Positions 1 to 12,548 are shown, counted from the first letter of the stretch. The stretch is DNA of 64,000 nt from Octopus sinensis (GCF_006345805.1 NC_043014.1:13392001-13456000); one strand, 5' to 3'. Notes: generated by a model not told the origin, from the sequence alone. Made by a program: numbers and translations.

Positions 1-569
1 TTTCTGAGAACTACGTTAAGGGTATGCGTGTCTGTGGAGTGCTCAGCCAATTTCATGTTAATTTCATAAGTGGGCTGTTCCGTTGTCAGGATCAACTGGA
101 ACCCGCATTTTTGTAACCGACAGTGTGCCAGTATGACATGCTAATGAGGATCTACCAGAAACGATGTTTGTTATCAGCAGCTGAAACCGTTTATTAGAAA
201 ATAAATGTGGAAGTGAATCTCAATGAGAGGCCTAGAACCAACATGTAGCATGGTCTAGGCCCTGCATGTAATACCTTGAATCTGACAGACCTAGATATGG
301 CCAAATTTCAAGGTGGAGGCTACATACAGAGAATGATGCCTGTTGGCTACATACAGAGAAACTTTCCCATTTCTTCCAGTAGTTTTGGCAATTCTGCTAG
401 AATTATGGGCAGTGTAATTTCTTCTTTGATTAACCTTTATTCACCATATTTCTGTTGAAATACATTTCCTTACTTTTAATTAATTTTGAAAACAGTGAAA
501 AATTTAGTTAGACAAATGAGATTATTAAACTGGTGTTTAGAACATAAACTTTGTATTATAATTGTGATA

Positions 570-890
570 GTTAAGATACCTGTGCCGGTATCCGTGCACC
601 ATCCAAACATGGCAGTTGCCAGCGCCACCTGACTGGCGTCCGTGTTGGTGACACATAAAAGCACCAACCGATCGTGGCCGTTTGCCAGCCTCATCTGGCC
701 CCTGTGCCGGTGGCATGTAAAAAGCACCCACTACACTCACAGAGTGGTTGGCGTTAGGAAGGCCATCCAGCTGTAGAAACACTGCCAGATCAGACTGGAG
801 CTTGGTGCAGCCTCCTGGCTTCCCAGACCCCAGTCAAGCTGTCTAACCCCTACCAGCATGGAAAATGGACATTAAATTATGATGATGATG
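570..890 (+). mobile_element. 5'-truncated RTE 3' UTR copy
   Basis: Family tail ending in (GAT)n. Further copies at about 2260-2440(-), 3960-4285(+), 6930-7170(-), 7870-8170(+), 9620-9765(+), 18965-19259(+), 47598-47950(-), 48060-48475(+) and 62400-62630(+). Confidence 0.8.
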
Positions 891-902
891 GTGTGCAGTC
901 TC

Positions 903-1229
903 AGGTTGTTGTTGTTGTTTGTTCCTTCTCGAGCCACGCCTGGCTCATAGGGCCAGTTTCCCGGTCTCCTTGGTGTATAAGTTCCCCACCTGGACGGGAC
1001 GCTGGTCCATCGTAGGTGAGCTGCAAGAAGCAGGAGGAAAGAGTGAGAGAAAGTTGTGGCGAAAGAGTCAGCAGAAGTTCGCCATTACTTTCTGCCAGAG
1101 CTGCGTAGAGCTTAGGTGTTTCACTCATAAACACACACATCGCCCGGTCTGAGATTCGAACCCGCGATCCCTCACCTGCAATTTTCGACCACAAGTCCGC
1201 TGCTCTAACCACTAGGCCATGTTCCTCCA
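903..1229 (-). mobile_element. tRNA-derived SINE (family E)
   Basis: A-box TGGCCTAGTGG, B-box GGTTCGAATC, (AAC)n tail. Other copies at 5444-5733(-), 14660-14866(-), 24085-24320(+) and 36167-36420(+). Confidence 0.85.
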
Positions 1230-1270
1230 TGCAGTTTCAGGTGGTTGGTATCAAAAGAGTTAACCCTTAA

Positions 1271-1488
1271 CCCTTTAGTGTTCAGATTACTCTGTTAAAT
1301 GTAATACTTTTCCACTCAAATGTTTTGAATTAATCATGCATTATCTTATATCTTTGAGGTTTCAATGATGTGATTGTTTATATTTAGAATGACATTGTCG
1401 GGTAGGTGTGAGAGGCCAGATATCGCCAGTTTGAATATAAAACATGTAGAATATCTGGGCAGATATGGCCAGTTTAAACACAAAAGGG
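1271..1488. mobile_element. piggyBac-like MITE (TTAA|CCCT...AGGG|TTAA)
   Basis: TTAA TSDs and ccctttagtgtt TIR. The same family occurs at 7210-7430 and 63431-63649, with a decayed copy at about 3430-3657. Confidence 0.8.
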
Positions 1489-1676
1489 TTAACTAACAAA
1501 AACATACCAAGAGATTTTAGATTTACTAAGAGTGTATAGATATGTTAGAAATCACTAGAGTGAAGAGAAACACGACAGAATGACTCAGAGAGTGCAAACA
1601 TCATAGTTATCGGTAAGGTATAAGGAGATACAAGGATCTAAGAAAGCTATGCTTTTACAACTTCCGTTCAACTTAC

Positions 1677-1829
1677 TTGACGCACTCTTTCCATGTCTAT
1701 CTGTGCACGACGTAGTTTTTCCCAACAATAATGTTTGTTGCATTTGCGTTTTGGCATTCGGCAGAAATCTCCATTTTCTACAAAGACGTTGGAGAGGAGA
1801 GGGCAACCGCAGACTTCATCATTGCTGAC
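1677..1829 (-). CDS. CXXC1: CXXC1 exon (VSNDEVCGCPL...CNKHYCWEKLRRAQIDMERVRQ); final exon lies beyond the left edge
   Basis: Matches human EVCGCPL..HYCWEKLRRAEVDLERVR. Canonical sites, 153 nt. No terminal exon found in 1-1676. Confidence 0.98.
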
Positions 1830-2478
1830 CTGTAAAGAAAGAAACAGAAACGGGTTACGAGATGGCTTCGGTCGAAAGACAAAATATACTCGTCTTCATC
1901 ATCGTGATCATTCTAATGTCAGCTTCTCCATTTCTCCATGCTTGCATGGGGGGAACAGGATTTTGTTGAGGCAGATTTTCTATGGCCAGATGCCCTTCTT
2001 AATGCAAACCCTTACCTGCTTACAAGAAAGGTAATATTTCCCCCATTGCCAGGCATGTTTAAGCAGAATACTGGAAATGAATGACATTCATTTATATCAA
2101 TCCCATAATGTCAAGATAAGGAGACACAAACACACACGCTCACACACATTATATATACATACATACATACATATATATGTATGTGTGTGTATATATATAT
2201 ATATGTGTGTGTGTGGGTGTGTATATATATATATATACACACACATACATATACATATATCATCATCATCATCATCATTTAATGTCCATTTTCCATGGGC
2301 TGGACTGTTTGACTGAAAACTGGTAAGCTGCACCAGCTTCCAATCTGATATGGCATGGTTTCTACAGCTGGATGCCCTTCCTAACACCAACCATTCCAAA
2401 AGTGTAATGGGTGCTTTTTATGTGACACCAGCACAGGTGCCAAAGCACGGTATGTATGTATGCATGGTTGTGGGCATC

Positions 2479-2713
2479 AAGGCGGCGAGCTGGCAGAAAC
2501 GTTAGCACGCCGGGCGAAATGCTTAGCGGTATTTCGTCTGCATTACGTTGTGAGTTCAAATTCCGCCGAGGTCAACTTTGCTTTTCATCCTTTCGGGGTC
2601 GATAAATTAAGTACCAGTTACGCACTGGGGTCGATGTAATCAACTTAATACCTATGTCTGTCCTCGTTTGTCCCCTGTGTTTAGCCCCTTGTGGGTAATA
2701 AAGAAATAGGTAT
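2479..2713 (+). mobile_element. tRNA-derived SINE (family A; core gactttgcctttcatcctttcggggtcgataaa)
   Basis: B-box GAGTTCAAATTCC. Many copies, e.g. 9820-10053(-), 20575-20797(+), 27980-28195(+), 29230-29443(-), 38248-38461(-), 39640-39843(-). Confidence 0.85.
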
Positions 2714-2998
2714 GTATGTATGCATGCATACATACACACACACACACATACATATATATATATACATACACATGCATATGAGGGGTTTCTTTCAATTCCC
2801 ATTCATTCACAAGGTTTGACCTGAGACTATAATAGAAGACATTTGCCCAAGGTGCCATTTCATGGGACTGAACCCAAAATCATGTGTTTGGGAAGCTCAC
2901 TTCTTAATCCCACAGCCATGTCTGCACCCATATATATAACATTTTAAATTAGTAAAAAGAAAACAATATTTGTCTAAGCAAAGACAATTCTTCCTTAC

Positions 2999-3142
2999 TT
3001 TTGGCTCCCTCGTATGTTCAGGACAGAGTACTTTCAACCTTTTACAGTAGGTTTTCTGTTGATGGTTGTAGGCATCACAAAACATAGAGCAACCATCAAC
3101 AGGTGTCTTGTAGTAGGAACCAAATACAGTTTGGGCTTCAAA
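2999..3142 (-). CDS. CXXC1: CXXC1 exon (FEAQTVFGSYYK...FCDAYNHQQKTYCKRLKVLCPEHTREPK)
   Basis: Matches human FCDVYNPQSKTYCKRLQVLCPEH. ttgttctag acceptor, gtaagg donor, 144 nt. Confidence 0.98.
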
Positions 3143-3802
3143 CTAGAACAAAAAAATAATAACAAAAAAGAGTCATTAACTGTTTGTAAGTCCCACATTA
3201 GAAATATGGTAGGTTTGAAAGTAGAGAAAGTGATTTACACCTTACTTCACAGTTAATAGTTAATTTGTACTTTTTAGTTTTCTTTAGCGGAAAATGGACA
3301 TCTATAATAAATGTTCTACGAAATAACTTGTGTCAAGCATTCTACATTTTCTGCAAGTGGCATGTTGAATTTCATTCTTATCATTTGTTTAAATCAAATA
3401 GAGAAAAAGTCATATTACTTGACTACCAGTTTAGTTCTTTAGCACTCCAATTACTCTATCAAATTTAATGCTTATTTATTCATTGTTTTGAATTAAGCAT
3501 GCATTATCTCAAAGCTTCAATATTCCAATGATGTAATCGTTTATATTTAGAATGACATTGTAGGACTGGTATGAGCAGCTGAATTTGGCCAGTTTTAACA
3601 TAAAACATGTAGAATATTTGGGCCCAGATATAGCTGGTTTAAATGCCAAAGAGTTAAACAATATTCTTCATTTCCTCATCTAACAAAAAAAAAAAGCTGT
3701 AACAAGGTTCAATAATGTATTTACAGACTAGAAAAGCAATTGCAATCTTGCAGTAAAAATTACAAGAAACATGTCAAAGCATTGATAAAAAATATGTCTT
3801 AC

Positions 3803-3901
3803 CTTGGCAAAGCACTTTTCCATGTGCCGCAGGGCACCCTTCTGCTGGATTTCACTGCCACATGTTACACAGTACATACTCAATTCACCTTCATCATCGT
3901 C
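3803..3901 (-). CDS. CXXC1: CXXC1 exon (DDDEGELSMYCVTCGSEIQQKGALRHMEKCFAK)
   Basis: Matches the C..CG......ALRHME.C motif. tgtgtag acceptor, gtaaga donor, 99 nt. Confidence 0.97.
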
Positions 3902-5443
3902 CTACACAGAAATTATTGACAAGATAAAAATAAAATTTTAACATGAATTAAAAAGTGGCACATGAACAAAACATTCGAGCGAGGTTGTTGCTAGTGCCGC
4001 TGGACTGACTCCTGTGCAGGTGGCACTTAAAAAACACCATTTGAGTGTGACTGTTGCCAGTACCGCCTGACTGGCCCTCGTGCCAGTGGCATGTAAAAGC
4101 ACCCACTACATTCTCGGAGTGGTTGGCATTGGGAAGGGCATCCAGCTGTAGAAACTCTGCCAGATCAGATTGGAACCTGGTGCAGCCATCTGGTTTGCCA
4201 GTCCTCAGTCAAATCGTCCAACCCATGCTAGCATGGAAAGCGGACGTTAAATGATGATGATGATGATGAGGATGATGATGATGATACTACAGGCTATTAA
4301 CTAAAGTATTTTACAGAGTAAAACAAGAGAGAAGCATTTTGATTTGTCCACTCCAAATTGGTGGTGTTGTTGTTTAGTCCAAGGTCAGCCAATTGTTCTT
4401 TACCTGCTTCAGTAATTGGACTGCTGCCATGCTGGAGCACAGCCCTGAAGAGTTTAGTGAAACAAATCAACCCCACCACTTGCTGTCATGGGTTGAATGG
4501 CTTGACAGGAGCTGGCAAGGCCAGGGGCTACACTAGGTTCCATAGTCTGCTTTTGACCTGGTTTCCTAATGCCAACCACTTTACAGGGTGTACACACACA
4601 CACATATATGTACAATGGGCTCCCATACAGTTTCTGCTTATCAAATTCATTCACAAGGTATCGGTTAACAGGAGATAATAGCTGAAGACACCTGCTTAAA
4701 TGCCACACATTGGAACTGAACTCAAAACCACACAGTTGCAAAACAAGCTTCTTAACCACATGACCCATACACAAAAATATTTAATCTTGGTATCCAGGAA
4801 TTTGGAGGTTTAGGAAAAAAAAAATCAAACTAAGCAGGTGGATATGTCCCAGCAATTAAACACAGAGAAAGAACCATCACCTGGTGGTGAATAATACAAA
4901 CTTCTATCAAGGAGGGGAGATAACCTAAAAAAGCAGAGGACTTCAATAAAGGGTCTTAAAGGGTTTAGTTGGACAAACTGACCGCAGTACTTGCTTTTAA
5001 GTTTGGTACTTATTCTGTCTGTATCTTTTGCTAAAATGCTAAGTTACAGGGACATAAACAAACCAACACCTCATCCTGTGTCTTACAGGGATATAAACAA
5101 ACCAGTTGTCAAGTGGTAAACGGTGGGGACAAACAGACACACACACATGTGACAGGCTCCTACAATTTCCATCCACCAAGTTCACTTACAAGGCATTGGT
5201 CTACCAGGACCATAGTAGAAGACACTTGTCTAAGGTGCTGTGCAGTGGGACTGAACCCAAAACCATGTGGATGCAAAGCAAACTTCTTAATCACACACTC
5301 ATAATAAATAATTATAATATATATTTTTAAAAAATTACAATATAAGGATAACAGGTGAACTAAATATATGTATATATTATATATTAATAATAAATGGGTA
5401 AAATTAATTAATTAATCAATTAATTAATTAATAATTTTACCAT

Positions 5444-5733
5444 TATGAGCCACGCCTGGCTCATAAGGGCCGGTTTCCCAGTTTCCTTGGTGTATAGGTT
5501 CCCCACCTGGACGGGACGCCAGTCCATCGCTGGTGAGCTGCAAGATGCAGGAGGAAAGAGTGAAAGAAAGTTGTGGCGAAAGAGTCAGCAGAAGTTCGCC
5601 ATTACCTTCTGCCGGAGCCGCGTGGAGCTTAGGTGTTTCACTCATAAATACACACATCGCCCAGTCTGTGATTCGAACCCACAATCCCTCGACTGCGAGT
5701 CCGCTGCACTAACCACTAGGCCATGTGCCTCCA
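5444..5733 (-). mobile_element. tRNA-derived SINE (family E)
   Basis: High identity to 903-1229. Confidence 0.85.
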
Positions 5734-5997
5734 CTCTCTGAACTCTGCCCAGCCTAATCTTATTCTCACAGCTACGCTGTCGGAGTATCCACCTCCACTA
5801 CCAACTTGGTTACCTAGATAACGAAAGCTATCTACTACCTCTAGCTTATCCCACTGGCAGTTGATGTAGTCTATTTTCTGTGTTTATTGTACCTGTGCAA
5901 CTTCCACACTCAAAAGTTATTTTCCCTGTTAACTTTTCTCAGATATTGCTGCACTTCTTATGTATCCATAGCTTACACCAGGTAAATCATTACTTAC

Positions 5998-6208
5998 TTC
6001 TTGGTCATAATTTATAATTGTTGTACGTTTCGCTCTGTCTATAAGTTCTTCAAGTTCTCTCAATTTCAGATCCAGGTCATTCAAATATTGCCGGCACACA
6101 AGCTGTTGGCGTCGAATGCGTTCTAATGATTTCTTATTATATTCTTCTGCTACACAAGGATTGCTCTGCCATTGTTGAATTTTACGTGGTAACAGTTCAC
6201 ATAACCGG
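5998..6208 (-). CDS. CXXC1: CXXC1 exon: coiled-coil/Set1-interaction region (SRLCELLPRKIQQWQSNPCVAEEYNKKSLERIRRQQ...DQE)
   Basis: Matches human LPQRIQQWQQSPCIAEE..LERIRREQ. Canonical sites, 211 nt. Confidence 0.97.
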
Positions 6209-6346
6209 CTGAAAGAAGAAAATCAACAGAAGGTGAAAAATTTTAAATAGAAGGAACATAGTACAATACCAGACCAATTATCTAGCAAACTTGGGATCAG
6301 AAGTATCCCAGATTTCTGAATTTTCTGAAGACAGTCAAAATATATA

Positions 6347-6722
6347 TCTTTATATATAAAAGTAAGGTTGTGTGTCTGTCTCCTACGATTTATATTCCAA
6401 ACTACTCCCACATTTTGCGGTGCAGTTTAACCAAAACCGGGTATCTTATAGTTGTGATTCATATCGAGCCCTTCTGGGTATTAGCGCGCATCTACGATTT
6501 AAAAAAAAATTTACCATCATTTTTTTCCATTTTAATGCATTTTTTTCGCTATTATATAAGGGAAGTAACTCTCTAAAATTGTCTACGATGAGTCAACGAT
6601 TTAAAAAAAAATTTACCATCATTTTTTCCCCATTTTTAATGCATTTTTTGCTATAACTCTCTAAAAATGCTTATATAGTTATTTCCCTTACAAACCCGAG
6701 CAACGCCGGGCAATACTGCTAG
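6347..6722 (+). mobile_element. Non-autonomous Helitron
   Basis: 5' TC, 3' CTAG preceded by the hairpin cccgagcaacgccggg, inserted between A and T, with an internal tandem subrepeat. Confidence 0.85.
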
Positions 6723-7209
6723 TTTAAGATATAAAATAAACCATGTAAAGTAAAGAGCTAAACTGTATTGAACAGATTCAAATTAACACACTTCTAAAGC
6801 AGGATCTATTTGACATTTATTAATCAACTTCAAATTTTTTAGATATATCATACTGTACTATGGATACAATATAATGTTTATAAGATGAAAATTAAATGAA
6901 AAATGTTGAGAACATGATTTTATTTAATAGATCATCATCATCATTTATCATCTGCTTTCCATGCTGGCATGGGTTAGACAATTTGATTGAAGCTATTAAG
7001 CTGGAGAGCTGCACCAGTTTCCAATCTGATTTGGTATGGTTTCTATGGCTGGACGCCCTTCCTAATGCCAATCAATCCAAGAGTGTAATGGGTGTTTTTT
7101 ACATGCCACCAGCACAGGTGCCAGTTACATGTTACCACCATCAGCCACAACTACGATTTCACTTGACTTAGGTACAAATTAATACACTTCTAAAGGAGAT
7201 AATGTTTAA

Positions 7210-7430
7210 CCCTTTAGTGTTCGCATTATTCTACCCAAATTAATGCTTCTTCATCTACATTGTTTTGAATTAATCATGCATTATCTTGTAGCTATGAGAT
7301 TTTGATGAGGTAGCTGTTAATTTTTAAAACGATATTGTAAGGCTGGTGTGAGAGACCAGATAAGGCTAGTTTGAACATAAAACGGGTCGAATATTTTTGG
7401 CCAGATATGGCCGGTTTAAATGCTAAAGGG
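7210..7430. mobile_element. piggyBac-like MITE
   Basis: TTAA-flanked, same sequence family as 1271-1488. Confidence 0.8.
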
Positions 7431-8279
7431 TTAATTTCAATCATTCCACTTAAAAAGGTAAAGAACAATACGATCTTTAACACACCATATGCTAATTAAT
7501 CTACTTCAAAAACAGGGTCTGATTACTCAATACAGGATACAGTATCTAGCATGATATAGCACAGTATTCCCAAATTTCTGGAAGCCAGTTAAGCAGTCCA
7601 GTACTGGATACAAACCAAGATATTAAAGAATTGGTTTCTTTTAAAATATCTGATGTAGCTTTTAGACAACTTTCTTAGTGCACATATATTTCACACCAGA
7701 AGGGAGGTCACTGTCTTTTTACGTATTGCTTAGAGATGTAATATTTCAGTCCTTGTTGTCAATTCACGTTCACTTTCCATGTTGGCATAGGTTGGACAGT
7801 CTGACAAGATCCAATGGGTTACAAATCTACATCTTGTTCTGACGTCTCAGTTTCGTAATGGTTTCTACAGCTGAATCGAGCGTGATCGTTACCAACGTCG
7901 CCTTACTGGCACCTGTGCCGGTGGCATGTGTAAAAGGATTTGAGCGAGGTTGTTGCCAGTACCACCTGACTGGCCCCCGTACCGGTGGCACGTAAAAAGC
8001 ACCCATTACACTCTCGGAGTGGTTGGCATTAGGAAGGGCATCCAGCTGTAGAAACTCTACCAAATCAAGATTGGAGTCTGGTGCAGCCATCTGGTTCGCC
8101 AGCCCTCAGTCAAAATCGTCAAACCCATGCTAGCATGGAAAGCGGACATTAAACGATGATGATGATGGTGATGAATGTGCCTTCCTAATGCCAACCACTT
8201 TACTGAGCATAGTGGCCACTTCTTTTCAAGCACCAACAATAGTGAGGTTACCTTGTAACTCATTATTTCAATACACGTG

Positions 8280-8430
8280 GAATGGGTAGATCCAGAAAGG
8301 CATAGGATGAAGTAATGAGAAAGAACCTACAGACAAAGGGATTCACAGAGGGGACGATAGAGGACTGAGACACCTGGCAGTTGGCTGTGCTTGAGAAAAC
8401 ACACCAAGCTAAGTAAAAGCATGGCTTACT
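8280..8430 (+). mobile_element. RTE LINE ORF2 3' end fragment
   Basis: DEVMRKNLQTKG...WQLAVLEKTHQAK* matches the 31.2-kb copy. Confidence 0.7.
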
Positions 8431-8779
8431 ACCTTAACAACACTAGCAAAGGGTAGGGTGGCAGCAACGGCAATAATAATAATAATTCTTTCTACTGTAG
8501 GCACAAAGCTGGAAATTTTGGCAGGAGGAAATTAGTGTTAGGGTTGATTATATTAACCCCAGTGCTCAACTGGTACTTCTTCAATCAACCAAAAAGACGA
8601 AAGGTAAAGTTGACCATGGCAGGACCTGAATTCAGAACATAAAGAGCCAGAGAAAAGCTGCTAAGCATTTTGTCCACCACCCTAACAATTTTGCAGCTCA
8701 ATGGCTTATAATGGTGGTAATAAAAGTGTGTAGTACATGTCTAATGTTTATTGATCACTCAAACTGCAAAAAAACCCAC

Positions 8780-8946
8780 CTTCTAGCCATCTTCATACCA
8801 CAATCTTCAGAACAGTATTTAGAGTTTTGAAGGGCGTGTTGTATACAGTTAGCACCAAAACATTGACGAGGCACTTCTACTTCAGATTTCTCCACACACT
8901 GCTTATCCTCAACATCTCCATGTTTGTCTATCTTGTTTCTCGATTT
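8780..8946 (-). CDS. CXXC1: CXXC1 exon (KSRNKID...PRQCFGANCIQHALQNSKYCSEDCGMKMAR)
   Basis: Matches the CFP1 QC.GP.C......SKYCS..CGMKLA motif. Canonical splice sites, 167 nt. Confidence 0.97.
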
Positions 8947-9083
8947 CTGAAATAAAAAATCACATCCACAAATAAAATCATAAGTTCAATAATTACCCTT
9001 ACTGTTTAATAATTGTGATTTTTTGTCAGTGATCAGGTATCAGTTTCATCAACATCATCATCAACTTAATGATAGGTTCAGGA

Positions 9084-9237
9084 GTGGCTGTGTGGTAAGT
9101 AGCTTGCTTACCAGCCACATGGTTCCGGGTTCAGTCCTACTGCATGGCACCTTGGGCAAGTGTCTTCTACTATAGCCTCGGGCCAACCAAAACCTTGTGA
9201 GTGGATTTGGTAGACGGAAACTGAAAGAAGCTCGTCG

Positions 9238-9268
<31 letters not shown>

Positions 9269-9468
9269 TTGTGTGTCTGTGTTTGTCTCCCTAACATCGG
9301 TTGACAACCAATGCTGGTGTGTTTACGCCCCTGTAACTTAGTAGTTCAGCAAAAGAGACCGATAGAATAAGTACTAGGCTTACAAAGAATAAGTCCTAGG
9401 GTCGATTTGCTCAACTAAAGGCGGTGCTCCAGCATGGCCTCAGTCAAATGATTGAAACACGTAAAAGA
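9084..9468 (+). mobile_element. SINE family B (tRNA-like head, CORE-like accttgggcaagt segment, internal TA/TG microsatellite)
   Basis: Full-length copy. Others at 25857-26252(+), 33923-34322(-), 35211-35604(+), 61193-61580(-) and 62175-62841(+). Confidence 0.85.
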
Positions 9469-10612
9469 GTATGGGTAGAACAGAATTTACTGAGGAAGAT
9501 TTTCTATGGCCAGATACCCTTGTTGTTGTCAATCCTCATCTGCTTCCAAGTGAGGTAATATTTCTCCAAGGCCACATAAATGTGCCCCCGTGCAGCGCCA
9601 TGTTAAAGCATCCAGCACACCCAGTAAAAGTGGTTGGAGTTAGGAAGGGCTGTAGAAACCATGCCAAATCAGACAGGAGCCTGGTGCAGCTCGCCAGCTC
9701 TGGACACACCATCCAACCCATGCCAGCATGGACAATGGACATTAAATGCTGATGATGATGATGGTATTGGAGAGACACACACACACGCACAAACACGCAC
9801 CATAGGTTTTTTTCAGTTTCTTATTTCTTTATTGCCCACAAGGGGCTACACACAGAGGGGACAAACAAGAACAGACAAAGGGATTAAGTCAATTACATCG
9901 ACCCCAGTGTGCAACTGGTACTTAATTTATTGACCCCGAAAGGATGAAAGGCAAAGTCGACCTCAGCGGAATTTGAACTCAGAACGTAACGGCAAACGAA
10001 ATAACGCTAAGCATTTCGTCCGGCGTGCTAACGATTCTGCCAGCTCGCCGCCTTCTTTTTTTCAGCTTCTGCCTACCAAATCCTCTCACTAGGCTTTTGT
10101 TGGCCGAGAGCTATAGTAAAAGACACTTGCCCAAGGCGTCATGCAGTGGAAACTTCTTACTACACAGCCACATGTGCACTGAAAATTTTGACACCAAATA
10201 ATAAATATTTAAGTGAAGTTCACACCTTTTGTGTTTTGTTTTGTTTTTTGTTTTTTTGAATGGCTATATGTCTTCATGTCTCAGCTCAAATCCTTTTCCA
10301 GGCAGGTACATCTCCAAGATCATTTAATAATTATAAGGAGGAGGAATAATTACCTTTATCATTTAGCAATTTAGTGTTTAATAAGCCTCAGCTTGTATTG
10401 TCTTTCTTAGAGCACATATATTTCACACCAGAAGGGAGGTCACTGTCTTTTTACGTATTGCTTAGAGATGTAATATTTCAGTCCACATTATCATTTCACG
10501 TTCACTTTCCATATTGGCATGGGTTGGACAGTCTGACAAGTTTGACAGTTTGACAAGATCCAATGGGTTACAAGGAAAAAAGCATAAATACAATATAATA
10601 AAACAGACTTAC

Positions 10613-10684
10613 CCTACCAGGAGGTAAAGAATGCTTCCTTGACTTTCTTGTAATATTGGTTTCCTTCAAGGATTTTCTCTTTGC
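10613..10684 (-). CDS. CXXC1: CXXC1 basic linker exon (AKRKSLKETNITRKSRKHSLPPGR)
   Basis: atttttcag acceptor, AGG|gtaagt donor, 72 nt, phase 0 to 0. Confidence 0.88.
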
Positions 10685-10789
10685 CTGAAAAATATTTTTT
10701 ATAAATATAAGAGTGAAATTCAGTTTGTTAAATATTTACCAAGAAAATAACTACATAGAATACTAATAAATCAGGGTTTCAATTCCAAT

Positions 10790-11150
10790 CATCAACATCC
10801 AATGAAAACGATTGACATGAAGGATAAACCTACTGTTAAAGGCTTTTTGGGAAGAAGTTCACTATAATGGATGCTGAGGATAATCTAGCTGAGTCAGGGG
10901 ATAAAATGGAACTCTCAACTTTGAATGATGCTTAGAAAAATATTTGGTCAAACTGTATCTGTGAGTTTACAAGTTTTCCATAAGTAGAAAGTCTACTTCA
11001 AATGGCAGATATTGAGAGACTTGCAAATGAAACAGGGTTTGGCGAATTCATAGAAGACGATGTGGTTGTTGAGTTGCTAATCCCATAGAGTATGTTTATC
11101 TAACAAGGACTTGATACTGTTCGAATAAGAGCAAGCGGAGAGAATACAGA
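10790..11150 (+). mobile_element. Tigger/pogo transposase C-terminal remnant
   Basis: Broken translation KKFTIMDA...TLNDA*KNIWSNCICEFTSF...IERLANETGF resembles the Tigger C-terminus; many stops. Confidence 0.6.
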
Positions 11151-11495
11151 AATTCCAGTCTTGTGTCACATCCTTAGCAAACTCTTAACTCTCAATGTTA
11201 ATAAAAGAAAGAGAGAGGAGAAGAGAAGGACAGAGGGTAAGAGCGGGAGAGTGAGAGAGGGCGACTGGGTTCCAAATATCTCTATAACAACAAATTACTC
11301 AATGAACCAAACTACCTGAACAGACAAGCATTTCTAGAAAGCATCACTAAATGGGAGATGTAAAGGACACTTTGGTGACATCTCCCTCTCTGCCAATTAC
11401 AGAAACTAACTGCTCCTTTTTTGAGGAACTGGGATGGATTGAGAAGTGTTCATTATTTTACTAGGCTGTTGAACTTCGAAGATAAATAAACTTAC

Positions 11496-11544
11496 CCTTC
11501 TAACTTTCTTGACCTCTGGCAGACCTTCTTGTTCTGGCAAACCT
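11496..11544 (-). CDS. CXXC1: CXXC1 linker exon (RGLPEQEGLPEVKKVRR)
   Basis: tatttattcag acceptor, AGG|gtaagt donor, 49 nt, phase 2 to 0. Restores the frame exactly between the flanking exons. Confidence 0.85.
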
Positions 11545-11991
11545 CTGAATAAATAGTATTAAAAAAAAGGAAGAAAATTAATATGCCAATATTTAAATAA
11601 GTCAATCAGTAATTGTTGTTTAACAAATAATCTATAAAGATTTCAGACGAAAATTTTTTTATCACTTTTGACAAAGTGGAGGAATAGATCCCCACTGTAA
11701 ATAACTAGGGTAGTATATCATCATTGGTAGAGGCCAGTGTGTAGCAAAGCCATTGAGAAGAAGGCTCTAAAATAGTGTGCATCCTCTCTTGGTGACCTCC
11801 AGAAACCTAATGATGTTTCCAGCATGTAGAGCTTTCGATTAGCAGCAATTGCACAAGCAAGCTGCTTGCAAGTTTTTCCCACAGTGTTTTGCTGAACTTG
11901 CAATACCGAGTTTAAATTCTCACATGGAGCAAGAAGACAGGGCAACAGAAGTTTGCTCCAGCATACACTGTTTTGAATCCCTACATGAAGA

Positions 11992-12340
11992 TGTGAAGGC
12001 ATATGGCTCAGCGGTTAGAGTATTGGGCTCACAATTATGAGGTAATGAGTTTGATTCCTGAACTGGGCTGTGTTATGTTCTTGAGCAAGACACATTATTT
12101 GATGTTGCTCCAGTTCACTCAGCTGTAGAAATGAGTTGCAACGTCACTGATGCCAAGCTGTATCAGCCTTTGCCTTTCCCTTGGATAACATCGGTGGCCT
12201 GGAGAGGAGAGGTGAGTATGCATGGGCGACTACTGGTCTTCCATAAACAACCGCGTCCAAACTTGTGCCTCGGAGGGTAACATTCTAGGAGCAATCTCAT
12301 AGTCATTCATGACCAAAGGGGGTCTTCACCCCTTTACCCT
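11992..12340 (+). mobile_element. SINE family C
   Basis: Same sequence as 53663-53992. Partial copies at 21805-22010(+) and 17270-17765(-, with a duplicated 3' part). Confidence 0.85.
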
Positions 12341-12435
12341 TTTACATGAAGATGAGATTACCAGTGTTGCCAACAACATAATGAGTTACAGGACAGCGCT
12401 TGACATAGTAAGTCTGCTAAATATTTGGCACATAC

Positions 12436-12548
12436 CTCAAACCTTCCATCTGTATATCAACTGACTCTGTGGCAGAGATAAGACCACGGTTATCTCTTTC
12501 TTTCTCTTCTGGTCGCAGTTTCCATTTCTGACCTGATAAAATGAGACC
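12436..12548 (-). CDS. CXXC1: CXXC1 linker exon (GLILSGQKWKLRPEEKERDNRGLISATESVDIQMEGL)
   Basis: ttctccttcatag acceptor, AG|gtatgt donor, 113 nt, phase 0 to 2, open reading frame. Confidence 0.85.

Noticed and set aside
318-360. 16-bp direct repeat ggctacatacagagaa
   Set aside because: Most simply a local slippage duplication in an intron, with no further structure.
903-1229. Possible tRNA genes at SINE heads
   Set aside because: A and B boxes are present but the sequence continues into SINE bodies and no complete cloverleaf can be drawn.
11721-12002. 93-aa minus-strand ORF with faint resemblance to a GIY-YIG segment
   Set aside because: Catalytic motifs are not convincingly present, and the CXXC1 frame is complete without it.
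12436-12532. 97-nt cassette first read as a stand-alone poison exon
   Set aside because: An upstream in-frame acceptor at 12548 and a phase-matching 49-nt exon at 11496-11544 make it an ordinary coding exon.
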